In this document: positions 49,139-60,920 of the stretch, piece after piece
Numbering within the stretch: position 1 is the first letter of the stretch
Layout of the letters: each line of letters opens with the position of its first letter
Source: Lama glama
Lineage: Eukaryota
DNA length: 64,000 nt
Assembly: GCA_028534125.1 (NCBI GenBank)
Contig: CM052827.1
Span: 25,358,001-25,422,000 of the forward strand
Direction: 5' to 3'
Program-made: the position numbers and the translations under genes
Notes under the pieces: generated by a model
Told to the model about the DNA's origin: nothing
Databases searched by the model: none
The model's input: the letters and a program-made list of their open reading frames with translations, nothing else

Positions 49139-50061
49139 ACCCCAGAGAAGGGGCGTTTTTATTCTCTACCAGCTTACGTCATTCTTGGCTCAGAAGTGAG
49201 GCAAAGGCCAGAGCCTCCCAGCTTCCACTGAGCCCCAGAACCTGGCCCGCTCTCCATGCCAGCGAGTCCATTTCTGATCCATTGGCGTATACTGGACAGC
49301 AGACAACCTTCACTAACCCCATCCCAACCCCTACCCCGAGCATGGCATTTGTGCTGCAGCCCGGGAAAGGGGATGCTTGAAATCGAAGACAAGCCCCTTT
49401 TTGCTCTGAGAGCTGCTCCCTTTAGCCCTATGGCTGATTTCCCTTTGTTGTACGCACAGCGCTCGACGAAGAGGAGGAGGTGGTCTGAGACGGGACAGCC
49501 CCGACGTGCGGACGGGGGCTCCTAACCCACAGAGGAGATGCACTGCCTCATTCATAGTAGTTGTTTAATTTTTCTCATCTGCAAACAGGCTTTGGATTGC
49601 CAACCTTTAATTAAGATGCAGTTTTCTTTTCAAAAGCAATGTGTTCTAATAAATACCATCTGAGCTGGGGCGGGGTGCTGCAGAAGTCATAACTGCAGCT
49701 GAAAACCATGAGACTTGCAGCAGGCTAACCATAGAGACCTTCTGGGAGGGGATAGTTTCCATGTGCCTCATAGAGGAGCACACGCCTCACGGACCATGCT
49801 CTCCGGCTTCAAAGCCAAGCCACCCTCCCGTCGGCTCTGCCTTCTTGTGTGGAGGAAGGACCAGAAGAGGCAGCATGTTGGCTGGGATGACCTCTGCCCT
49901 GGCCTTCTGACTTCAGAATCAAGAAGGTACATGGGGTGAGGTTAGAAGTATTCCTACTGCGTTGAGCCCGATGGGGTTTGGAGAAGGGAGTTCCTAGAAA
50001 AGAAGATATTTCTGCATTGAAATGTCTTGGCTTCCCTGGGACTGTTCCCGCACCCCTCACT

Positions 50062-50248
50062 TAGGTTTGCCAGATAAAATACAAGATGTCCAGTTAAATT
50101 TGAATTTCAGATAAATAATGAATAATTTCTGAGGATAAGTACGTACCGTATGATACGCTAAAATATGCAGAATCATTATGGTTGTTTATCTGAAATTCAG
50201 ATTTAACTGAGTGTCCTGTATTTTTACTTGCTAAATCTGGCAGTTCTA
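50062..50248. mobile_element. MER53 palindromic hAT MITE
   Basis: Termini taggtttgccagat / atctggcagttcta; long inverted arms 'cagttaaatttgaatttcagataaa' / 'tttatctgaaattcagatttaactg'; 8-bp TSD remnant ccctcact / tccttact. Confidence 0.9.
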
Positions 50249-52579
50249 TCCTTACTCAGATGGGGCCTCAGGATCTTGGGAAAGAAACACTGGGCCCAGC
50301 CTGGGGCATCCTGAGGTCAGCTGCCAGATGTCTCTACAGTCAGCACAATGGGCAAGAATGTGAACTTTGGAGTCCTAAAGATTTAAAGTGGCTTCCACCT
50401 CAGGCCTGTCACTGCCTAGTAGCTGGTCCTTGAGAAGTTTACTTGGCCTCCCAGAGCCTCATCTTTGTCCTCTGCAGAATTTGAAGACTGAAAATCAGGA
50501 CTGATGTTCAACCATATCCAGGGGTCCAGCCTGTCCTGGTTGTTTAAAAATTAAAGCCCTTCCCAGGCCAGTTGTTAAGTAGCCTTCCAGGTCCCCTTCC
50601 GTCTGGCCAGCCACCCTGGCCCCTCCCCTGCCTCCCCCAGACCTCCACCTCTCCTCACGCTGTGGAGAGTGAGGGCTTCGCTCCATTGTGATTGGCAGGT
50701 ATCGTGTTGTATTGATAGTTCAATAGATTGGCTATCACTCCTGTTAGGAAATCCAGCTCAAAAAGTTGTTGTAAGAATTAAATGAAATGATGTTGGAGAA
50801 CTGTGTGATACAGGACCTGGCCCACAGGTGACAGACACATACAATGAATAAATGAATGAATGAATCCATATACTACTTACAAGAGAGAGTCTTGATTTTC
50901 TTTGTACATAGCAAAATTATTCTCTCTCTTTGTGTATATATATTTATATGTATATGTAATTCATATGCATATGTATTTATATGCATATGTATATATACAC
51001 ACACATACATATATATGTGTGTATATATATGCATACACATTAAAGATCATTCTAGTTCCAATTCAATTCCTTCTGCTTTACACAGAGGAAAGCTGAAATC
51101 TAGTTTAATTTACTGACTTATCTAAACAAGGCCACCTCTATGCATCAGAGGAGAACTGTTTTGCAGAATCGTTGCAAAGATTTTTCTGTTGTTGCGCAAA
51201 AATATCTTTTATCCAACTGCTACAAAGCCTGAAATTTCCGCATTAGCATTTTCGCCATCTTTTAAAATTGAACTAAGGCTTCTCCTGGTACTTCTCAAAG
51301 CCCACTCTCTTTAAACTAGAAATGACCCAAGGTCATCCTGAGAGACTTAAGCTCGGGGGGAAGAGGGGAGCGGGTGGTAGATAGGAGATTCTAAACGAAG
51401 CTGAAAGGGCACCGAGGACTTGCTGAAGACACATGTGGCCAACTTTGAAACTTGGTGACAGGCTGCCTATGCATGGAAGTGTCCCACTGTGACAGTTGTA
51501 CATTTGTGCTGTTGCATTATACAGAAGGACAAAATGCATAAATACTAACTGATCATTTCATTCAAAAGAACTCCGACGAGAAAGCCGGACCCCTTGGTGA
51601 TGTCTTCTGCTAGACAAAGCTAGAAGTCTTTCTTGTGGCTGGTCAAGGGTTTTTCAACTGGATGGAGGGAAATGTTTTTCACAGATCTACAAAACATTGA
51701 TGGTAAAGCAAAGCCTCAAAATATCCGGGAGCAAAAATGTAGCTGGGACCGTATCTGTTCATACACGCAAATGGATTCCACCACTTGGGTTAATGCTCCC
51801 TGTTGGTGTTCAGCGCCACTCCCATTTGGATGCGTCTTTATCTGCTGTCAGTTACATTCAGCCCACCTCCATGCCATATGAGGGACGGTTGCTGGTATAG
51901 ACGAAACTGTTTTCTCCAAAACATAATGAACACAACCTCCAGTCATTTGATTGGCTTAGTTTGGAAGATCAGAGCCTTCGGGAAATGAAGAAAGCAACCT
52001 CTAGAAAAACAGGGTTTCAGATTGGGCATTTTCTTCCAATATCAATATTTGTGGTCTATTCATTACCGATAGACGATCACTAAAACAAGGAAGGATTTTC
52101 CCATCAGAGTCTGATGCGTTTCCTTGTCTTTTCTCTGAATTCTATTGTAGTCCACTCCGCCCATCGGCTGCCTGTTTTAATTAATTTTGCCCTGCATTCA
52201 AAGGTTTTGCGTGTGCGCCTCTCTGTTTGATTTGAATTCCTTTTTGCAAATAAATAAATAAATAAATATCAAAGCTAATGAGGCTCTGAAGATTTGAGAT
52301 GTAAATATCATATGCAGATTCTTTTTTGGGGTCCCAGCTCAGCAGAAGACCAAAAATAACACTTGGAAGTTTGATTAAGAAATCTCAGGCTCCCTCCAGA
52401 CAATCTTTCTGCTGGCAATCCCAGTTATTTGACCAAAAATCATGCCCCCCAACCCCCACACACTCAAAACCCAAGAAGCAAGTTTCTTTCAAGAACAGCT
52501 CAGACAGGCACAAGATTGTGTTGAGCCCTTTAAGATGCGTCTCCCACTGATTGATTCATGTCTCTCTTGAGAGGTTGCC

Positions 52580-52882
52580 TGTGTACACACTCATGCATGC
52601 GTACAAACTCACACCCACACACACGCACTCTCTCCAGACCTTCACATGTGTCCCCTACACTCACACATACGACACACACACCAACTCCTAGACACATTGT
52701 GTCTACACATGCCCTCACGTACACCCACACTCACCAATGCAGGCACACACGCACACACACGATCATACACACTCTCACACACCAACTCACCCGTATTCAT
52801 ACACCCAGACACCCACATCCATACTCTCAGGCACACTCACAAAAACAAACAGGACATACATTTTCACACACATGCATACAAA

Positions 52883-52916
<34 letters not shown>

Positions 52917-52940
52917 TATTCTCACATCCAACACATGTAT
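52580..52940. repeat. Degenerate CA-rich low-complexity tract ending in (CT)n(CA)n
   Basis: Directly visible; accounts for the His/Thr-rich ORFs. Confidence 0.9.
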
Positions 52941-55395
52941 CATGCTTTTCCCAATCCAGGTTTCCCATTTCAAATCTATGCCACATTGGTTTGAACCGTG
53001 TCTCCAGCATCCTCCCCAAAGACATCTCTGGAGGGCATTCCTGGACCCCCTCCCTCCTTTCGGGGGGTACAGGGAGCCTCCCAGGGTACAGTTATTAAAC
53101 TGTATCTGAAGGGCTGTTACATTATGCAATCTGCTTTTGACCGGGGTACTTGTCTCCTTTACCGAGAAGGTCTGATTCATTTCCCAGAAATTTTCATCTG
53201 CTATTAATCTTTCAGGAGATAGTTAGTGTTGTGATATTTTCAGATATTGTTTTCGGGTGGCGGGGGTTGGGGAGAAGGGGAGGGCGGATTTCACGTGGCT
53301 GTCCCCTGGCAGTTTCTGAGATTACTCAGTGCTTTAAGCAGCTCAGAATTGTGTGNNNNNNNNNNNNNNNNNNNNNNNNNNNNNNNNNNNNNNNNNNNNN
53401 NNNNNNNNNNNNNNNNNNNNNNNNNNNNNNNNNNNNNNNNNNNNNNNNNNNNNNNNNNNNNNNNNNNNNNNNNNNNNNNNNNNNNNNNNNNNNNNNNNNN
53501 NNNNNNNNNNNNNNNNNNNNNNNNNNNNNNNNAAACTTCAATGCTTGAAAATGCAAACCCAGGGAGTTTTTACTCCAGGGTAAAGAGTTACGCCTTGATA
53601 TCGTCCACATCTCAGAACTAAGTGGAATTTAAATGTCAGATTTATATTAAATAGTCATATTCCCCATTATGACATATATAAACAACAGCTTATTACTTTC
53701 ATTAATAAGATGTGTTGGACATTTAAACTAAAGCTTCCGAGATAAAGCTGGCACCTCATAAGCGGGAGACACTGGGGAGGTGGAAGGGGGGATATGCAAG
53801 CAGCCTGGTTTTGAGCTTGGTTTCTGATAATTTAATCATCGATTCCTCCTAGGAAAACAAAATGCAGCTGTGCTCACACAAACTCACCACTTTATAAAGG
53901 AGTTCTCTCTGGCGGATGTCTGTGCTGGGGGAGGTGAGGGGCAAGCTCTCCATTTCACAGGACATTTTAAGTCTTGCCTCTTTATTTTATTTTTCCCNNN
54001 NNNNNNNNNNNNNNNNNNNNNNNNNNNNNNNNNNNNNNNNNNNNNNNNNNNNNNNNNNNNNNNNNNNNNNNNNNNNNNNNNNNNNNNNNNNNNNNNNNNN
54101 NNNNNNNNNNNNNNNNNNNNNNNNNNNNNNNNNNNNNNNNNNNNNNNNNNNNNNNNNNNNNNNNNNNNNNNNNNNNNNNNNNNNNNNNNNNNNNNNNNNN
54201 NNNNNNNNCACTAGGCACCTCTCCAGCTGAATTTTAACACTCCTCCAGGCTCAAGTGTGGTTGCACCCAGTAGGAGCTGAGTTTTGACTTCTCAAAATCC
54301 AAAGAGGGAAAATGTTAAGGAAAGATTACCCATGGCCATGTTCTAGAGGAGGAAGTGAGAGAACCAAGAGCCCCAAGCATGGATGGATGGATGGATGGAC
54401 TGACAGAGGGATGGATGGGAGGTCCCCTCCCTCTGACTAAACAAATTAATGTGGTGGCAGGGGAGGGGGAGGGGACACTAAATGACAAAAGCCCAGAGCT
54501 AAGGTAGTAACTCTACAGGTCCCTCTACAACTATGATGACCCTTTCCTCTATTTCTGACCTACTGTGTGTCCTTGAACTTGCCATCGCCTGATTTCCGCC
54601 ATGGAGAAAGCAAGAACTTTGGGCCAAGCAATCAGAAAGCTCCTCCAGTTCACCTCCGTTTACTCTCAGTTTTGGCTTTCCAGACACTCACTCTCTTACT
54701 TCACCTCCCCGCCTCTCTCCTTTCAAACCTGGACAAGGTCGGAGGTCCCCTGCTCCAGCCACCTCTGATGACTGACCTGTAGGCGCCAGTCGAGGGAAAC
54801 GCTCAGGTCCAGCCCTGGCACTTACTGGGGGTGTGGCACTTACTACGGGCAAGACACAGAGTATGTTGGACTCTCCGTCTCCTCATCTGAGAGCGGACAG
54901 AATAACCCCGGCCCAGGGCTGTTGGCACAATGATATGAGCGGATGCTGGAGAGGAAGGAGGTATCATAGCAGCTACGGTTAGCATTTCACAGCCCCCTCG
55001 GGGGAGGACAGTGGGCTGGAGGGAGATGAGGGGATCCACGGATGACTTGAGGAAGCTCTGCATGCTGCCACCACGCCCAGTGAAAGAAGATTGTCCACAT
55101 CTTCTCTCCCCTTGGCTGAGGGCGCAGCAGTGAGGACCAGGCCGGAACGCAGAAGGCAGGCCCCCTCCAAGGGGGTGGGCGCCACTCAGAGTCCAACCAC
55201 TGTCACCCGAGGTGTGCAGGCCAGTGGCACTGGGGGGCCACGCCCACCCTTCCATCTCTTCAAGGAAGCCAGAAATAGGAAATTTTATGTGAAAGCTTCC
55301 TGGTTTTGAGCAGAGATCACTCTAAGGTCACAAACTGTTGGGGTCAGATGTATTTCAGTATTCAGAAGTTTTCCAATTTAAAAAGACTATACGGT

Positions 55396-55530
55396 GGGGA
55401 GGGTATAGCTCAAGCAGTAGAGCGCATGCTTAGCACACACGGGGGCCTGTGTTCGATCCCCAGTACCTCCACCAAACAGAAATAAATAGACCTAGTTACC
55501 TCCCCTTCAGAAGACAAATAAGAAAAAACA
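55396..55530 (+). mobile_element. Vic-1-type SINE (long form)
   Basis: ggggagggtatagctcaagcagtagagcgcatgcttagc...gttcgatccccagtacctcc, A-rich linker, 'cctagttacctcccc' tail. Confidence 0.92.
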
Positions 55531-56239
55531 GATCATATAATGCCACTACAACTGATGACCTGTAAACACTCAATTGCCGCCAAGAGTTGCTCTTCCCTTG
55601 CTAATAAAAACTCTATTCAATTCACATTTACCCGTCTCCTGAGGTTGTTATTTTTATCTCCATTTGACTGACCAGGAGGAAACAGAGACTCAAAGAGTTT
55701 AAGCAACTTGCCCAAAGGGACAGAAGCTAGACCTGACATTTCCTCCCACTGCCCTTTGGCCCCTGAGGCTTGCCATTTGTTTCTACCCAATTCTCCTCTT
55801 TTTGAAACTGGGGAGGAATGGGTCCTACCCTTGAAAAAAGTGGGAAGGAAGTGGTTCCTCCAGTGGAGTCCTGGTCATTCATCCTGTTCGCATTTACTGA
55901 GCTCCTGACCCGTCAGTTCTCTTAGGTTTGGGGCTGTGAAGGGGTTTGGAGGGCGGAGGAGGAAGGAGACGGAAGAACAGTACTTGTTAAGGTATAACTG
56001 GTTCCAAAATGTTTGCTCTTAGGCAAGAACCGATATTGGCAACAATTCCTGGAAAATGAGCCAGCAGTATGTAAGTACAGATGTAAATGCAGATCAAGGT
56101 TAAGATCCACAATCGTAGGTAGCACATGCACACACTAAAAACAAATTTAAATATGAAAAGTCTCTCTCACATTCATCACCCAGCTCTGCAGTTTTTCCCC
56201 TTAGAAACAAAGACTTTGGTTTCTCATGAGTCCACTCAG

Positions 56240-56790
56240 AGGAGGTAAAGCTTGTATCAGTGAGGCTACGGACTTCTCCAGAAACTCCCCCAAAAAACAA
56301 TGTATTACCAAACTTTGTCACGTTGCCAATCCAATCGGTGAAAAAGAGTATTTCATTTTTCTTAAATTGCCTGTTTATAGTCTTAGAACATGTATCTGTT
56401 CAGTTATTTGACTTTTTCTTATCAGTTTATGGGAACTCTTTGTATATTCAGTAAATTCGACTTTGTAGGACATAAACTGCAAATAGTTGCCCACATTTGG
56501 ATCGCTTTTAATGTTTTTGTTGTTGTTGCTATGCAGCCTTTAAAAAATATTTATTTGTAGGCAAAGTGGTCAATGTTTTCTTGTATGGATTCTGGTGTTT
56601 CATTCACATTTTGGAAACTCCTACCCAAGCTGAGGTTATTTTAAAGTTTCCCAATTTTAAGTAACTCATCTGTGATTTCTTCTGTAAGTTGTGAGATGGG
56701 ATTCACTTTCCCTTTTTTCCAGATGAGTACCCCATTATTCCAAAGATGCGTATTAAAGAAACCATCTTTTCCCCACTTATCGGAAACCCC
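56240..56790 (-). mobile_element. Old L1 (L1ME-like) ORF2 remnant
   Basis: 'ttgccaatccaatcggtgaaaaa', 'gaactctttgtatatt', 'ccatcttttccccact' antisense L1. Confidence 0.7.
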
Positions 56791-57994
56791 TGAAGCTTGG
56801 TAGCAACTCCTATTTCAGCTTTCTTCATTTCATTGCTTCGAGGCTAGACAATTATTTCAGGCTGATCATATCACTCCCAATGTTTGTGGGAGTCATTTTT
56901 GCACAGATTTTAGGTGCTAGAGATAAAACGGTGTCGGTGAAAAACAAGGGCTGTAAGCAGACTCCAATCAGAGAGCAGCACCAATTGACACCGAGGCTGT
57001 GATGGAAAGACTTCCCATCAGGAACCTCTGATTGTGTTCAGGCTCCAGTCACCAAGAGAAAAAATTTGAATACCAAAATGAGACATAAAAGTGCGTCGTT
57101 TTGTAGGCAAAAATCTGTAGCATGAAGGCTGAGAAGGTCGTCATGTGGACAGCTTCAGGAGCGAGCTGTTAAGTCAAGGTTGTGATTCCACAGTCCTGGT
57201 CACACCACCATCTCTGCCACTGTAGCCCACCTCATCCTTTACAGTGACAACCTGAATTCCTGGGTCCTGCCTTGAGCTTGAGGTGAACCTGGGACCTCCT
57301 TTCCACCAGGGAAGGCCTGGGTGCCCTTTAATCTTCTTAGAGCAAAATCCACTGAGCAAAATTATAATTTGATATGGCTTCACTTGGCTAGTAGAAACTC
57401 ATACACTGTCTTAACGTCATAATGCGTTGTGAAAAAGAATTGCTAAGCACCATGAAACATAGAGAACCCTGGGCTTCCATTCATCACCGGCTTTGCATGA
57501 GGGCGGCATGTTAAAGTGATTTCAACTTCAGAGCAGATCTCGCCAAAGAGTGCTCCAGTCTTAATTAAAATGTCAGTGAAACACAAAAGTGCATCGGGGA
57601 CATTTTGAGAAATCGTTCCCTTTTCACTTCTGGACGGCTGGCTGTTCTTTCCCTCTTGCCTGCTTCCTGGTCCACTCAGTGCAGACACTCGGTGCTCCTT
57701 TCTTCTTTGCCACCGGGGACCCCTTGTCCAGACCCTTTACCATCCCTGTGGGAGACTGGAGGGAAGTGGGCTGCAGATGCCCGCTGGTGGCTTCTCTGTA
57801 TCTCCAGCTGCCCAAGTTAGAGGCATGGGCTGGCATCACCTGGGTGCACAGCCCGGAACTACAGAATGGGGGTGTGGGATGGAAGGGAATGTGACAGAAA
57901 CAGAAACCACAAGTTCAGTCTTATTTCCAGCCCCATTCCAGTATTATCTTGACTTGAGAGAGGGAGGCAGCTAGATAATAGTTTTTAAATAATG

Positions 57995-57997
<3 letters not shown>

Positions 57998-58043
<46 letters not shown>
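57998..58043. repeat. (TG)23 microsatellite
   Basis: Perfect dinucleotide repeat. Confidence 0.97.
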
Positions 58044-58047
<4 letters not shown>

Positions 58048-58840
58048 AAGCAAAGGCCAGGGATCAAAGTCAAGGTCTTTAGACCTGTCTTGGCTTCTAA
58101 GTTGCACATGACCTTCGGCTAATGCCTTCCCTTCTCCAAGCTTCTCCTTTCCCATAGCACAAGCTGGAGAATCTTCTTTGAGGCTTGAAGTTTTCACCTG
58201 TGACCATTCCCGGTCTGAATCTTAACCCCATTTCAGGCCCCAGGCCAGTGCTCATGTTTGTACTGACGTCATCTCGGTTCAGGCTCACCTGCCTGAATCT
58301 GCCATCACTTCCTTCCTGTGCCCTACCTGGACCATAACCACAAGAAATCCCCCCACAGTAGCTGGAATGGCTGCATTTTAGGTTAGCCCAGGGAAAGCAA
58401 ACGGAAGTGACCCCCATCAGCTCTCCCGAGAGAAGTGACGGCCTGGGCTGCAGTCTCTTGCTCAGAGGGGGACTCACCTTCTGTATCTCCACCGTTCTCG
58501 CCTGTCTCTGTGCCGGGGAGGTGGTCGGGGGTGTGGAGTCTTAATAGCACATGCAAGGCAGGCCCTGCTTTATAGGTAATGACCTTCCTTGTTGCTGATG
58601 CGGGGACCCTGGGAAGATGCCAGCCCTAATTGTCCCCATCTGAAGCCACTGATACCTCATGAGAACAGGACGGTTTGACCTCTCACTTCTGCATCCCCAG
58701 TGCCCAGCGGAGATGCTGCCGAGAAGAGGTGCAGCCTTTGTGGATCCACTGACCCACTCGAGGAAAAATCATTTTGCTGATGGGGAATTAAGGCTCAGAG
58801 AAGAGCAAGGACTTGCCTGAGGACTGTTCCTCCCACTGTC

Positions 58841-58842
<2 letters not shown>

Positions 58843-58876
<34 letters not shown>

Positions 58877-59145
58877 TACATATTCCGATACCAGCCATAC
58901 ATATGCATACTCACATCCATATCCAGACACACTCACACACAGACTCCAGGCATATACACACAGGCACACAGATAAACACAGGGATGGACACACGTACACA
59001 GACAGAGCTTACACACTCGCACATGGGCACTTGTACGCTTAGACACGTGCATGCAAACGCTCCGACACAGATGCACATGGAGACACACACTCATGCACAG
59101 GCACGTGCAGTCACACAGGCACACATTTGCACTGATGCACACACC
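58843..59145. repeat. (CA)16 microsatellite followed by a degenerate CA-rich tract
   Basis: Directly visible. Confidence 0.92.
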
Positions 59146-60109
59146 CGTTTCCCCCACCTTTGGCCCCCGGAGGCCACTGCTGCCGCAATTTCTGCAGCTT
59201 CCCGTGGGAACTCATGTCCCACATGCGGAGATGCCCTTCCTCTCAAAAGGTCTGAATGTATGACTCTCGCTTGAGTAGCCTCTCTCAGGCAAAACTGTCA
59301 CCTTAGCAGGGATCTCCTGGGCCTCAGGAGGTAAAAGGACGAACCCAGTAGGACATTTCTGCTGACAGGGAGAAAATGTCACATCATTCTCGAAATCCCA
59401 TCTTTTAGGTGGCATTTACTTGTCCCAAGGAGCGAGGAGGGAACACACCTCAGTTCCACAACTGCATCTAGACTCGACCTCAGCTGGAGGAATTCAACAT
59501 TAACTCATTTATGTCTGGAGTTGCAAAATCGCAACAGGGCTTCTCCGCTGTTCTTTGTCAAAAAACTCAAGACGGTACTGTTAGACCGTGAGTGCCTGCT
59601 CACCCTGGGCCTGATTCTCTGAGTTCAAGGTCCCCATTTTCTTTATTAGCTTATCCTTTCCTTTGTGTCTTTGTGCCTTGTGGGTCTTTTTACGTCTCCT
59701 GCACAAATTCACTGATTTGGGGCCATTTCGGGTCCGTTTTGTGATCATCCAGCCCGGGGCTTGTATTCAACTGCCTTTCAGAATTTATGGGTCTGCATTT
59801 CTCCAGCAGATAATTTGGCCATAATTTAACATTTGTGGGTTTTTTCCCAACTCTTGCAGACATTCTTCTTTTATGGGGTTAGCAGCCCTGGGCGGGGCGG
59901 TCAGGGGGGACCTGGCATGGGGAGACATGCTTGGGTTTGATCTGCCTTTGTTTGAACCTGTTGCTGAGAAACGGTGTATATTTTGTTCACCATCTCATCC
60001 TTCAGCTTTTGATAGAGAGCAGAGGGTGTTTTCTGTATAAGAAGGAACCAAATGTACGCAACAGATTATACATTCATTTTACCATTATGACATCGTACCA
60101 ACAGATAAT

Positions 60110-60110
<1 letters not shown>

Positions 60111-60144
<34 letters not shown>
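60111..60144. repeat. (CA)17 microsatellite
   Basis: Perfect dinucleotide repeat. Confidence 0.97.
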
Positions 60145-60149
<5 letters not shown>

Positions 60150-60694
60150 CTTGGGATTTCTTAAAAGTGAATTTAATTATAAGNNNNNNNNNNNNNNNNN
60201 NNNNNNNNNNNNNNNNNNNNNNNNNNNNNNNNNNNNNNNNNNNNNNNNNNNNNNNNNNNNNNNNNNNNNNNNNNNNNNNNNNNNNNNNNNNNNNNNNNNN
60301 NNNNNNNNNNNNNNNNNNNNNNNNNNNNNNNNNNNNNNNAAGCCACACACTCACGATCACAGTATATTCTAGCTGGATTTACTGTGTCTAATCCTTTCGA
60401 CAAGAATCATATTTGGCACCGGAAGCTGCCACTCCATTAATTTGTTTGTGAGACAGAGACAGGGAACTAATCTTTGTCTTCTGATCCCTGAATGGCAATA
60501 ATTTCAAGTGCTTTGTGGGCATGTTTTGTGTCTCTCATTCCCGTCCTTGCAAGGTGGTTCAGAAGTTGATGGGGCTCAAAAAACAGAAATATCACTGTCA
60601 GGAAAGAAATAGAGATGGTCTCTGGGATGTTGGTGGGGAGCGTGGGGAGGGTGGGGTGGGAGGTACAGAGACTTCGAAGAACTTGGGACGGGGC

Positions 60695-60920
60695 TAACTT
60701 TGTTTATGCCAGCCCCCGTGCTAAGCACATTCAGCATATTATCTCAATAAAGACTCTCAACCCTTCCTGGAGGCAGCTGTATTGTGAACTTGTCTTACAG
60801 ATGGGGAAACTGAGGCTTGGAGAGACCGGCAAACAACTTGCCTGGGTGACTGAGGTCTAGAGTGGTGGAGACAGGACTTGAGGCCAGGTGTGTCTGGCCC
60901 CCACACCTACGCTATGACCA
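60695..60920 (-). mobile_element. MIR SINE
   Basis: 'ttacagatggggaaactgaggcttggagag...aacttgcctgggtga...ggacttgaggccagg'. Confidence 0.85.

Noticed and set aside
52558-53109. His/Thr-rich ORFs (also 58813-59274)
   Set aside because: They are translations of CA-rich low-complexity DNA.
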